Origin: Marinilabiliaceae bacterium UBA5213 | Lineage (GTDB): Bacteria > Bacteroidota > Bacteroidia > Bacteroidales > Marinilabiliaceae | Reading direction: 5' to 3' | DNA: 64,000 nucleotides | Assembly: GCA_002412555.1 (NCBI GenBank) | Contig: DHVH01000309.1 | Span: 490 to 64,489 of the forward strand | In this document: positions 31,647 to 40,759 of the stretch, piece by piece | How the letters are laid out: each line of letters starts with the position of its first letter | Position numbering within the stretch: the first letter of the stretch is position 1 | Translations under genes and position numbers: made by a program | The notes under the pieces: generated by a model | What the model was told of the DNA's origin: nothing | The model's database searches: none | What the model saw: only the letters and a program-made list of their open reading frames with translations

Positions 31647-32474
31647 ATGAAAAAAATTAGCTTATTGAGTTTAGCAATTGTTTTAGCCATTACTACAATG
31701 GTTGCCCAGGAGGTCGAGTATTATGGGATATGGACCAATAATCCGGATATTCAGAACAAGTGGGGAGTGGATGATGTCAACCGACACATGTACATCTGGG
31801 AAAGCACACTTGGGGAAAGTGGCGTTCCACCTGCTGTTTCTTATGGGGATCCTCTGGGTTTTACGGGTTTGAATCCTGATTGGTGGGGTTTTGGATTGTG
31901 GGACAATTTGGGAGCAGACCTTTCAGCCTTTGCCGATGGGTACCTGGTCTTCTATATAAGAAGTAATCATACACAAAACATCGAAATCATTATAAGCGAT
32001 AATACCGCCGCAGAAAATGAAATATTATGGGCATTAACAACGGCTGATTTTCCGCGTGACAACGAGTGGCACCAAGTGGCACTACCTGTAAGTGAAGCGG
32101 TTGCTGCCGGAGTTGATTTAAGTTCGATGGGACATGTATTTGCTGCAAAAGGTGCTGGCAGACCCGGTTTAATCGCTTTTGATGATATCCACTATGTGTC
32201 AGATTATGAGTCTACATTTTTACCTGAAAGAAAGTTGCCTTCTGTTTCTATTTCTCCAAATCCAGCCACCAATGAATTTGTGATTCAGTTAGATGGTGAA
32301 GTCGAGCGTGTCGCTGTTTTTGAGATTCTGGGAACAACGGTTTATGCAGAAACCGGTCTATCCGGTGTGAGCAGCAAGCGGGTTAATACTTCAGACTGGG
32401 CTAAAGGTCTTTATTTGGTGGTAGTAACCGATATAAAAGGCCAAAAGCGCATAAGTAAGTTAAGCGTAAATTAA
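31647..32474 (+). CDS. Non-catalytic carbohydrate-binding (beta-jelly-roll) protein with T9SS CTD
   Basis: YIWE-T, W-GFG, DLS----GYL-F, RD-EWH-V-LP and FDDI-Y resemble CBMs appended to laminarinases; SPNP CTD. Confidence 0.6.
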   Translation: MKKISLLSLAIVLAITTMVAQEVEYYGIWTNNPDIQNKWGVDDVNRHMYIWESTLGESGVPPAVSYGDPLGFTGLNPDWWGFGLWDNLGADLSAFADGYLVFYIRSNHTQNIEIIISDNTAAENEILWALTTADFPRDNEWHQVALPVSEAVAAGVDLSSMGHVFAAKGAGRPGLIAFDDIHYVSDYESTFLPERKLPSVSISPNPATNEFVIQLDGEVERVAVFEILGTTVYAETGLSGVSSKRVNTSDWAKGLYLVVVTDIKGQKRISKLSVN

Positions 32475-32512
32475 GCGCTTGCCCGAGTTAATAATCTTTT
32501 TATTCCTCATTT

Positions 32513-35500
32513 ATGAAGCTTTATTCCCTCATATTTTTGTTTGTCCTTGTAGTCTTTGTGGGTTTTTCTCAACAGCCGGTTCCCGTTGGTAGTGGAAGTT
32601 ATGCCGAATATGTGCCTGAGTCGGTTTACGATGAAGGAGCCTACTTTGGGAAGACCTACAGAGAGTTGCAAGGCAATTGGCCATGGTATATTCATCCCAC
32701 TAAAACACAAGAAGCTATTCCCACCAATGATTGGTGGACGGCAGCGATATTTGAACAATACACTGGTCGCCTGGAAGCATTTCCGCAGCGTGTAGAAGGC
32801 ACTTCCAGCGGCATCAGGGTTTCCGTGCCTACTTCCTTTGTAATGCCTGATGACAGAGGGTTAACCACCAATGCCGATACATGGATTTATATTAAAGCAA
32901 CAGTTGACCCTGAACAGTCAGGTGAGAGTGAAATTTTTGCCGATTTTGAATCCGAATTTTATCCTTCTGGTTGGCAGATATCAGAGAACCCTCCTTATCC
33001 GGGTCCGGTTTCTCTGGGTGACATTGATCAGTCCCCAGCACCATTTGGCTTTTTAGGCAGCCGATTTATAAATACCTTTTATGGTGATGCTCCTCAGGTC
33101 AGTCTAACTTCACCAGCATTCGTCATTGAACGAAATCATATCCACATGTTGGTTGGGGGCGGCAATAACCCCGATGATACCTATGTAGGATTGTTTATCA
33201 ATGGCCAACGCGTCTTGTCTGAAACAGGAGAAAACAGCGGGGCACTCACCTGGCGGAGAATGGATGTTTCTGCCTACATAGGGCAATCAGCTGAGATCCG
33301 AATTGTGGACGCCTCCTCCGGGGGTTGGGGTTTTATCATGTGCGACAACATTGTGTTCAGTGATTCTCCAGAGGTCAGTAGTTCTTTCTCTAGCAGCTTT
33401 TGGCCTCAGGATGCAAAAGTGTATGACTGGTCCGATTTGGGAGTGGTTTTCAGGTTAGAAGACGACCATCAGAATCGCATGGACGGCACAGTGGTTCATG
33501 GAGTCCCTTTTACCTTTATCGATATGGAAGGCGTAAAGCCCATCATGGAAACAAGTGCTGTTCCCCAGCAAATTTTTGATGGCTCGGGGGCACTTGTCTC
33601 TTCATTTCCGGTTGTCACCAACACCCTGGTTTTGAAAATGGATGGCGATTTGCTTGGTGTGCATGCGCCCTATGGTTCTCAATTTGATGTCAACCCTGGT
33701 GGGGGGTATTCGGTGACTTTCCCAACAGAGGATAATCACTACCTGGTGGTGTCATGGATTCCTGATGAATCCCTGATTGTTTTATATGATGACCATGCCA
33801 GAAACAAAGTGGTGGATAGTCGTTTTGAATGGGATTATCAAGTGACCAATGGTCAAATAGTTTCCGGTTTTAATTTTGAAACAAAGCATTATGAAAGTGG
33901 CCTTGCTAATCAGCCAACATTACTGGCCCTGCTTCCACATCATTATAGAAACACCACCCATCCATCCTTGATACCCGGTGCCGATTATAAAACCATGAGG
34001 GGACAAATGCATACGACTTCAGGGTCGTCCATTGAAATTGCTTATAATTTTGGTGGTATGCCTCCGTACCTGCCTGAACCGCTCAATCTCAGCGAAGTTC
34101 AGCAACAGCGGCTTTATGATATGATTACCACCCGCGTGGCACATTCCAACAGTTCCCGCAATGGAAATACCTATGCCAAAGGATTTGGAGAGGAAACCAA
34201 TATTATGTTGATGGCAAAACAGCTGGATCATCCCGGCTTTGGTACTATTAGGGACAATGTTAAAAATGAATTGATTGACTGGCTGACTTTCGACCCGGGT
34301 GAGGCTGCTGAGGGCCAATATTTTTTTACACAATATCCTGAGTTTGGAGCCCTGATTGGTTTTCCCTCCGGCTATGGTTCACAAGCGCTGAATGATTTGC
34401 ACTTCCATTATGGTTATTTTATTATGGGAGCCGCAAGGTTAATGATGGTAGATGATGCGTTTAAAAATGAGTATGGAGAAATGGTGAAGGAGATTGCCAA
34501 ATCCTTTGCCAATTGGAAGCGTTACGGAGAAAACGACGATTCAAAGCAGCCTTTTTTGAGGACCTTCGATCCCTATATGGGCCATTCGTGGGCCGGGGGA
34601 ATTGGCAGCCCATGGGATGGAAACAACCAGGAATCCACCTCTGAAGCTACCCATTCATGGTTTGCGATCTATCTTTTGGGCGTAGCCCTTGAAGATGATG
34701 AGATTATGTCGCTAGGGGCCACTGGTTTTACCCTGGAAGGCATTGCCACTGCCAATTACTGGTTTAATCGACACGGGGATCTGCCTCAGGAGTATGCCTT
34801 TGATTATGTAGGCATTAACAGAGCCAATAATTTGGCCATGGCCACTTATTTTCATGGTGACCCCGCATGGGCCATTGGCATACAGTTTGTCCCCTGTAAT
34901 TTCTATTATCATTACTATTTGGGTGATGATCCGGCGTTGGCTGCCGCCACTTATGATGGTATGCTTGAAGACAGGATCACTTTTGGTGAAGCCAACAATA
35001 CGGATTATTATGAGAATATTTCCAAGATGGGTGCTTATCTCGGCGGCTACCATTTGAATTACATCCAGGCTTATGACCCCTCACTGGTAGCTTCAATGCT
35101 GGATGATTTATATGAGAATGAGGGCGGAGAATGGACCGATCATGTTAATGTAGCAGTCAATTACTATACGTCAAATGCGAATGTAACCTATGGCCGACCG
35201 GCCACAGGCTACCATACCAGTCTTCCCACTGGAGCAGTCTATGAAAACCCTGCCAACGGTGAATTAACTTACCTTGTCTACAACCATTCAGCATCCGCTA
35301 AAGATGTCGGAATTTACAAAGATGGCGCTTTAATTGAAACCATTACGGTTGGTCCGCGTCAATTTTATAATTCGCAAAACACCAACCAGCGTCCGGTTGT
35401 TGAGGCAGGCAGCAACATCAGTATCCAGTCACCTGAAAATTCTGTGGTGCTCGACGGTTCTGAAAGTTATGACCCGGATGGAACCATTACCAGTTATGAG

Positions 35501-36328
35501 TGGAGTTTAATCAGCGGAGGAACGGCAACCATTGTCAACCCCAATGCAGTTGAAACCCGGGTCAATGATCTGACGCATGGCGTTTATCTTTTTCAATTAA
35601 AAGTGACAGATAACGATGGCGCCTCGCGTACTGGTCAGGTGACTGTTACGGTAATACCGGATGTTACCGAAATCAACATAGCATTAGATAAACCCGCATG
35701 GGCTTCTTCCATTCAGGAGCCGTGGTTCCTTGAGGGCATTAATGATGGCCAGTTGGGTACCCGCTGGGGCAGTGAAATGGGGGTTGATCCGCAATGGGTG
35801 GTAATTGATCTGGCGTATGAATATCAAATTGTGGATGTCATCCTTCACTGGGAAGGTGCTTATGCAACGCATTACGAAATCCAACTCAGTAATGACCCGG
35901 ACTTTAACGATTATACAGTTTTGGCAAGTATTGAAGATGGGGACGGGGATGTGGATGCCATTTCGGTCGATAATTTAGCCTTTGGCCGCTATATCCGATT
36001 TTTTGGTATCCAGCGGGGAACCCCATACGGTTATTCATTATTTGAGTTTGAAGTATATGGTCGTTCCACCCCCACCTCAACAATGCCAAGTGTTGTAAAT
36101 GCCGAATTTGATCTTTTCCCCAACCCGTCTGATGGTCATTTTTATTTTCAGTCGAGTTGGGTCAATTACGACATTGAGATTTATAGTTTGCAGGGAGTGA
36201 GGTTGTTTGGGCAGTCCTCGTTAAGTGGGTCTGTTGAGCTGAATGTTTCCAATTTACCGGCTGGCATCTATCTTTTCAGAGTTGTTTCGGGTGAGGCATC
36301 CTTTGTAAAACGCATCGTCATACAATAA
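32513..36328 (+). CDS. GH81 endo-beta-1,3-glucanase with inserted CBM-like module, PKD, CBM32 and T9SS CTD
   Basis: PTNDWW, NDLHFHYGYF, R-FDPY-GHSWA-G and NQESTSEA catalytic motifs; PKD (LDGS-S-DPDG...VTDNDG); F5/8 domain. Confidence 0.88.
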   Translation: MKLYSLIFLFVLVVFVGFSQQPVPVGSGSYAEYVPESVYDEGAYFGKTYRELQGNWPWYIHPTKTQEAIPTNDWWTAAIFEQYTGRLEAFPQRVEGTSSGIRVSVPTSFVMPDDRGLTTNADTWIYIKATVDPEQSGESEIFADFESEFYPSGWQISENPPYPGPVSLGDIDQSPAPFGFLGSRFINTFYGDAPQVSLTSPAFVIERNHIHMLVGGGNNPDDTYVGLFINGQRVLSETGENSGALTWRRMDVSAYIGQSAEIRIVDASSGGWGFIMCDNIVFSDSPEVSSSFSSSFWPQDAKVYDWSDLGVVFRLEDDHQNRMDGTVVHGVPFTFIDMEGVKPIMETSAVPQQIFDGSGALVSSFPVVTNTLVLKMDGDLLGVHAPYGSQFDVNPGGGYSVTFPTEDNHYLVVSWIPDESLIVLYDDHARNKVVDSRFEWDYQVTNGQIVSGFNFETKHYESGLANQPTLLALLPHHYRNTTHPSLIPGADYKTMRGQMHTTSGSSIEIAYNFGGMPPYLPEPLNLSEVQQQRLYDMITTRVAHSNSSRNGNTYAKGFGEETNIMLMAKQLDHPGFGTIRDNVKNELIDWLTFDPGEAAEGQYFFTQYPEFGALIGFPSGYGSQALNDLHFHYGYFIMGAARLMMVDDAFKNEYGEMVKEIAKSFANWKRYGENDDSKQPFLRTFDPYMGHSWAGGIGSPWDGNNQESTSEATHSWFAIYLLGVALEDDEIMSLGATGFTLEGIATANYWFNRHGDLPQEYAFDYVGINRANNLAMATYFHGDPAWAIGIQFVPCNFYYHYYLGDDPALAAATYDGMLEDRITFGEANNTDYYENISKMGAYLGGYHLNYIQAYDPSLVASMLDDLYENEGGEWTDHVNVAVNYYTSNANVTYGRPATGYHTSLPTGAVYENPANGELTYLVYNHSASAKDVGIYKDGALIETITVGPRQFYNSQNTNQRPVVEAGSNISIQSPENSVVLDGSESYDPDGTITSYEWSLISGGTATIVNPNAVETRVNDLTHGVYLFQLKVTDNDGASRTGQVTVTVIPDVTEINIALDKPAWASSIQEPWFLEGINDGQLGTRWGSEMGVDPQWVVIDLAYEYQIVDVILHWEGAYATHYEIQLSNDPDFNDYTVLASIEDGDGDVDAISVDNLAFGRYIRFFGIQRGTPYGYSLFEFEVYGRSTPTSTMPSVVNAEFDLFPNPSDGHFYFQSSWVNYDIEIYSLQGVRLFGQSSLSGSVELNVSNLPAGIYLFRVVSGEASFVKRIVIQ

Positions 36329-36344
36329 ATTTAAGGCTACAATT

Positions 36345-39300
36345 ATGCAAGTGAAGAACCATTTGTTTAGATACTCATGGCTGTTGTCATGCTTTTTATA
36401 TTTGAGTTTAGCTGGTGGTTTTGCTCAGAAATACAGTGGTTTATCCGCCTTTTCATCAGACGGGCAGGCACCTACAGGTATTTTTGACGGAAATACTACT
36501 GCCGGTTTGTGGCAAGATGCAGATAATGTGGATGATGCCTGGCTGGTTGTTGATTTGGGCAGTGAGCAGGCAGTTGGCACCGTAAAGATTTTCTGGGAAA
36601 ATGCCAACGCCAAAGCCTATAATCTCAGTTTCTCCAACGACAATGTTTCCTATTGGGGTGCCTTAAATTATACGGATATGGCACCCGGAAATCGCGTGGA
36701 TGTGCTGAAGGATCTGGGTCTAACTTGTCGCTACATTAAAATGCAGGGAGTTACGCGTCAGATGGACTATGGTTATGCCTTGTTTGAATTTGAAGTGTTT
36801 GAGCCTTTTTTACCAGCACTGACGGCTTTGGCCGTCAGTGCTGGTCAGGATGTTGTAGCGGTGGGCAATGAGTTATCACTTACTGCCCAGGGGCTTGACC
36901 AGGTTGGTGAGCCTATCGGGATTGAAGGGGAGGTTATGTGGACTGTAGATGCTCAAGGGGCCACCATCAGTTCTGAGGGCGTGTTTTTGGCCCAGCAGCC
37001 TGGATTGTATCAGGTAACAGCGCTCGGTGGCGGGGCTGAAGGAAGCGTTTGGATAGAGGCTTTGCCAGCCAATCCCAATGTGGCATTGGGAAAAACCTAT
37101 ACTTCCTCGTCAGGTACCCCTGTGGAAGCATTTGATGGTAACCCGCACACCCGATGGGAGAGTACCTTTTCTGACCCGCAATGGATTCAGGTTGATCTTG
37201 GGCAGATGCATGCTGTATCTGATATCCTTATTTCCTGGGAAGGGGCTAACGCCAGTGCTTATGTCATTGAAGCATCGGTGGACGGAAGCACCTGGAACGA
37301 AGTGCTCACTCGGGCAGACCAACCTCAGGGTGAAAGAGTTGACAGGATGTATGGTTTAGATTTTGAAGCGCGGTATGTGCGACTTACAGGTTTAAATCGC
37401 AATACCGTGTATGGCTATTCTATATGGGAAATGGGAGTTTATGGCGTTCAGGGTGGTGGCGTTGTTGATAATGAGCCGCCTACAACTCCTGGTAGTTTCT
37501 TTGGAAGCCCTGCTGTTTATGCTGTGTTCCTGACATGGAATTCATCTGAAGACAATGTGGGTGTGGATCATTATAAGATTTTTAAGGATGGGGTTTTCAA
37601 TGCTTTGATGGATGCGAATACTACATCAATGACCATTAGCGGCCTTAACCCCGGCACTACTTATCAATTGAGTATCCGGGCTTATGATGCTGCCGGAAAC
37701 GGCTCAGACGAGGCTGCCATTTCTGTGACTACTGAAGAAAGATATGTGGATGATGGTGAAGCCCGGTATGGCATTGGGAATATAGCCTTGGCCATGTCCA
37801 CCGAGAGTTCAGCACTGGCAGGAGATGGTGGCAATGTATCCTCTTTTGCCGTGGACGGAAACAAAGGGTCCAGATGGGAAAGTTCGGCTGAAGACAATGC
37901 CTGGATGTCTGTTGATCTTGGGTTGTTCTATCACATTGACAGGGTAATATTGTATTGGGAGGTAGCTTCTGGCAAGCATTATTTGATCCAGGTCTCCGAC
38001 GATAATGTTAACTGGGCAACAGTGGCCGAGTATTTTTCAGAAGAAGAGTTGCCGCATGAAGTCAGGACCGACGAGTTGACTTTTGAGCCGGTAACGGCCA
38101 AGTATATACGTTTACAGGGAGTCGAAAGGAATACGCCCTGGGGCTATTCTCTTTTCGAATTTGAAGTATATAGTCCCGGAAGCGGGCCGGATGATGTGCC
38201 AGATCCGAACCCCAATCCAAATCCTCTTCCGGTTCCGCCTGGCCCTTCTACTTTCGCTGTTCTTGCTCCCGCTCAGCAGTCCATGATTATTGAAACTCGC
38301 CGACCTGCCCTTAGTTGGGAGCCGGTGGATGGGGCTATCAGTTATGAGGTATGGGTCAATATTACCCGTGATGATTATGACTGGTACGCGTGGGGCAGTT
38401 TGTTAGATCGCTTTACCAAAGTCGCCGAAGTTACTTCGACCAGTTATGTGATGGAAGAGGATTTGACCGACAGGTGGACCTACAAGTGGTATATCGTGGC
38501 CCAAAAGCCTGAAGGGTTGGCGTATTCCGATCTCGGGGTATTCAGTCTATACCTGCCTGTAATTACCCCTATAAGTGATGGCATCGCTATTGTGAATGGC
38601 GCCCGGGATTTGAATAAGAATGGGGTGATGGATGATTATGAGAATTGGCGTCTGCCGGTTAATCAGCGGGTGGATGATTTGATGTCGAAAATGACCATGG
38701 AAGAGAAGGCCTTGCAGATGTTTTACAACGCACAATCTTTTCCCAGAGCAGGATGGGCTTTTGGTCCAGGTACAGTCAATGATATGTTTGAACGACAAAA
38801 GCTGGCCGCACAAACCCGATTGGGCATACCCTTTGTTTCAGCCGGCGATAACATTCATGGGTACAAAACCACGTATCCGGTTCAAAGTGCTTTAGCTGCC
38901 ACACGGGATATGGACTTGGCCTATCAGTGCGCGGTCATTCACCGCAAGGAGCAGTTTGCAGTCGGCGCCAGAGGGGTTTTAGGTCCCCTTGCCGAAGTTG
39001 GTACTAAGGTGCTATATCCCCGAATTCAGGAGGGCTGTGGCGAAGATGCCGAATTGGCAGCAGCCATGATGCGCGCCATGATCTGTGGTTTGCAGGGAGG
39101 CCCGGAAGTAAACCCTTCATCAGTAATGGTGACCACTAAGCATTGGCCTGGACAAGGTGCTGGTGGTGAGGCGGTAGTGGTTTATGATGCTGTTACGGCA
39201 AAATACCATTTAAAACCCTGGTTTGCGCACATGGATGCAGCCGGAGCAACTGTTATGCCCGGATATGCAGGCAGTACCTATCTTGATCCCGGTGGCCCGG

Positions 39301-40670
39301 GTGCTGGTGACAGTAAAAAGATCCTGGATTATTTGCGGGAGGTGGTAGGCTTTGAAGGGCCTGTGTGTACCGACTGGCTGCCTTATGGTGCATGGGTTAA
39401 TGCTGCCAATGCAGGCTCTGATATTATGGGAGGTGCTGATCCGGGAGCTGCCGGCTTTAGTCTGCAAAACTTTATTGACAATGTGCCGGAAGAGCGCATC
39501 AATGAAGCCGTACGGCGCATTTTAACGCTTAAGTTTAAGTTAGGGGTTTTTGAAGATCCCTACGGTGATCCGGTGAATGGCCAAAATGCATGGGCTACGG
39601 AAGACAGCAAGGAAGTCGCTGTTGATGCAGCCAGAAAAGCCATGACCTTGTTAAAGAACAATGGCGTTTTGCCCTTACAGATGCCCTATGGGTCCAACCT
39701 GTTGGTTACCGGCTCACGCGCCAATGACGGGGATGGTTACCGCATCTGGACCAGCTATTTTAACCGCGAGCTGGGTGCCAAAACCATGTATGAAGCCATT
39801 GCAGCAAGGGGACAGGAGGACGGATTCAACGTCACCCAGGATGCAGAATCCAATCCCTCGGTAGCTGTGGTTGTGGTTGGTGAACCTACCTATACACATG
39901 GGACCATGTGGGCTACTGAAAAGCCGTGGGTCCATGATGCCCATTACCAGGTAGGTGATTATACAGAACATGATTTAACCACACTGAATGAAGTGGCGGC
40001 AATGAATATACCAATGGTCGTAGTGGTGATTATGCCTCGTCCATATATCATTGAGGCACTCCTTGAGATGGCAGATGCTGTTATTATTGCTTACCGACCC
40101 GGAGATGGTGGAGGAGAAGGTCTCTCACAAGTGCTTTTTGGCGATTATGCGCCTAGCGGCAGGTTGCCCTGGCAACTGCCTCGTTCCATGGAGCAGATTG
40201 GTTCTGACCATGTATCCAATCAGGCTGAACGCTGGGATCTGCCCTTTGATTTAGGCGCAACAGCAGCAGAAAGACAAGAGATACGTTCTAAAATTGCCAA
40301 CAATGAACCTCTTTATCCGGTGTACGGAGATCCCCTATTTCAGTATGGTTTTGGAATTCAGGGTTATGGATCGGGAGAGGAGGATGACATTATAGTAAAC
40401 GTGGAAGATCTGTCATTCCCCGATAAAGAGCCAGGCATACGACTGTATCCAAATCCTGTACAGGATTGGCTTAACATTGACTGGCCATCAGATGAAAGAC
40501 TTACCTCCTTACAAATTTTTACTTTGGATGGGGTAAAAGTTATGCACCTGACTTCTGGGCCTGATGATCAAGCTCATAGGGTAAACCTTTCAGAGCTCAA
40601 AATGGGTATGTATTTGTTGAAAATGGATACCCAAAAGTCAACTGTCACGCAATTGATAATCAAAAAATAG
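36345..40670 (+). CDS. Multimodular GH3 beta-glucosidase: CBM32-Ig-CBM32-Fn3-CBM32-GH3-CTD
   Basis: Three F5/8 domains, Fn3 (DNVGV--Y...YD-AGN-S), DLNKNG-D-YE-WRLP, TKHWPG, CTDW nucleophile, PSG-LP, and YPNP CTD. Confidence 0.88.
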   Translation: MQVKNHLFRYSWLLSCFLYLSLAGGFAQKYSGLSAFSSDGQAPTGIFDGNTTAGLWQDADNVDDAWLVVDLGSEQAVGTVKIFWENANAKAYNLSFSNDNVSYWGALNYTDMAPGNRVDVLKDLGLTCRYIKMQGVTRQMDYGYALFEFEVFEPFLPALTALAVSAGQDVVAVGNELSLTAQGLDQVGEPIGIEGEVMWTVDAQGATISSEGVFLAQQPGLYQVTALGGGAEGSVWIEALPANPNVALGKTYTSSSGTPVEAFDGNPHTRWESTFSDPQWIQVDLGQMHAVSDILISWEGANASAYVIEASVDGSTWNEVLTRADQPQGERVDRMYGLDFEARYVRLTGLNRNTVYGYSIWEMGVYGVQGGGVVDNEPPTTPGSFFGSPAVYAVFLTWNSSEDNVGVDHYKIFKDGVFNALMDANTTSMTISGLNPGTTYQLSIRAYDAAGNGSDEAAISVTTEERYVDDGEARYGIGNIALAMSTESSALAGDGGNVSSFAVDGNKGSRWESSAEDNAWMSVDLGLFYHIDRVILYWEVASGKHYLIQVSDDNVNWATVAEYFSEEELPHEVRTDELTFEPVTAKYIRLQGVERNTPWGYSLFEFEVYSPGSGPDDVPDPNPNPNPLPVPPGPSTFAVLAPAQQSMIIETRRPALSWEPVDGAISYEVWVNITRDDYDWYAWGSLLDRFTKVAEVTSTSYVMEEDLTDRWTYKWYIVAQKPEGLAYSDLGVFSLYLPVITPISDGIAIVNGARDLNKNGVMDDYENWRLPVNQRVDDLMSKMTMEEKALQMFYNAQSFPRAGWAFGPGTVNDMFERQKLAAQTRLGIPFVSAGDNIHGYKTTYPVQSALAATRDMDLAYQCAVIHRKEQFAVGARGVLGPLAEVGTKVLYPRIQEGCGEDAELAAAMMRAMICGLQGGPEVNPSSVMVTTKHWPGQGAGGEAVVVYDAVTAKYHLKPWFAHMDAAGATVMPGYAGSTYLDPGGPGAGDSKKILDYLREVVGFEGPVCTDWLPYGAWVNAANAGSDIMGGADPGAAGFSLQNFIDNVPEERINEAVRRILTLKFKLGVFEDPYGDPVNGQNAWATEDSKEVAVDAARKAMTLLKNNGVLPLQMPYGSNLLVTGSRANDGDGYRIWTSYFNRELGAKTMYEAIAARGQEDGFNVTQDAESNPSVAVVVVGEPTYTHGTMWATEKPWVHDAHYQVGDYTEHDLTTLNEVAAMNIPMVVVVIMPRPYIIEALLEMADAVIIAYRPGDGGGEGLSQVLFGDYAPSGRLPWQLPRSMEQIGSDHVSNQAERWDLPFDLGATAAERQEIRSKIANNEPLYPVYGDPLFQYGFGIQGYGSGEEDDIIVNVEDLSFPDKEPGIRLYPNPVQDWLNIDWPSDERLTSLQIFTLDGVKVMHLTSGPDDQAHRVNLSELKMGMYLLKMDTQKSTVTQLIIKK

Positions 40671-40687
40671 CATTTAGATTGGCGTTT

Positions 40688-40719
40688 GAAAGGCTGGTTA
40701 TTGAAATAACCGGCCTTTC
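40688..40719. terminator. Terminator between convergent units
   Basis: GAAAGGCTGGTTAT/ATAACCGGCCTTTC hairpin. Confidence 0.7.
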
Positions 40720-40759
40720 TTGACTATTGTTTGAAGGAACTATTAATGGACCTATTTAA

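Noticed and set aside
38185..38250. PDPNPNPNP low-complexity repeat
   Set aside because: Ordinary Pro-rich interdomain linker with varied codons; not a phase-variable tract.
38590..38650. DLNKNG motif suggesting a dockerin or cellulosome-like assembly
   Set aside because: Single EF-hand-like motif commonly found just before this GH3 subgroup; no duplicated dockerin or cohesin seen.
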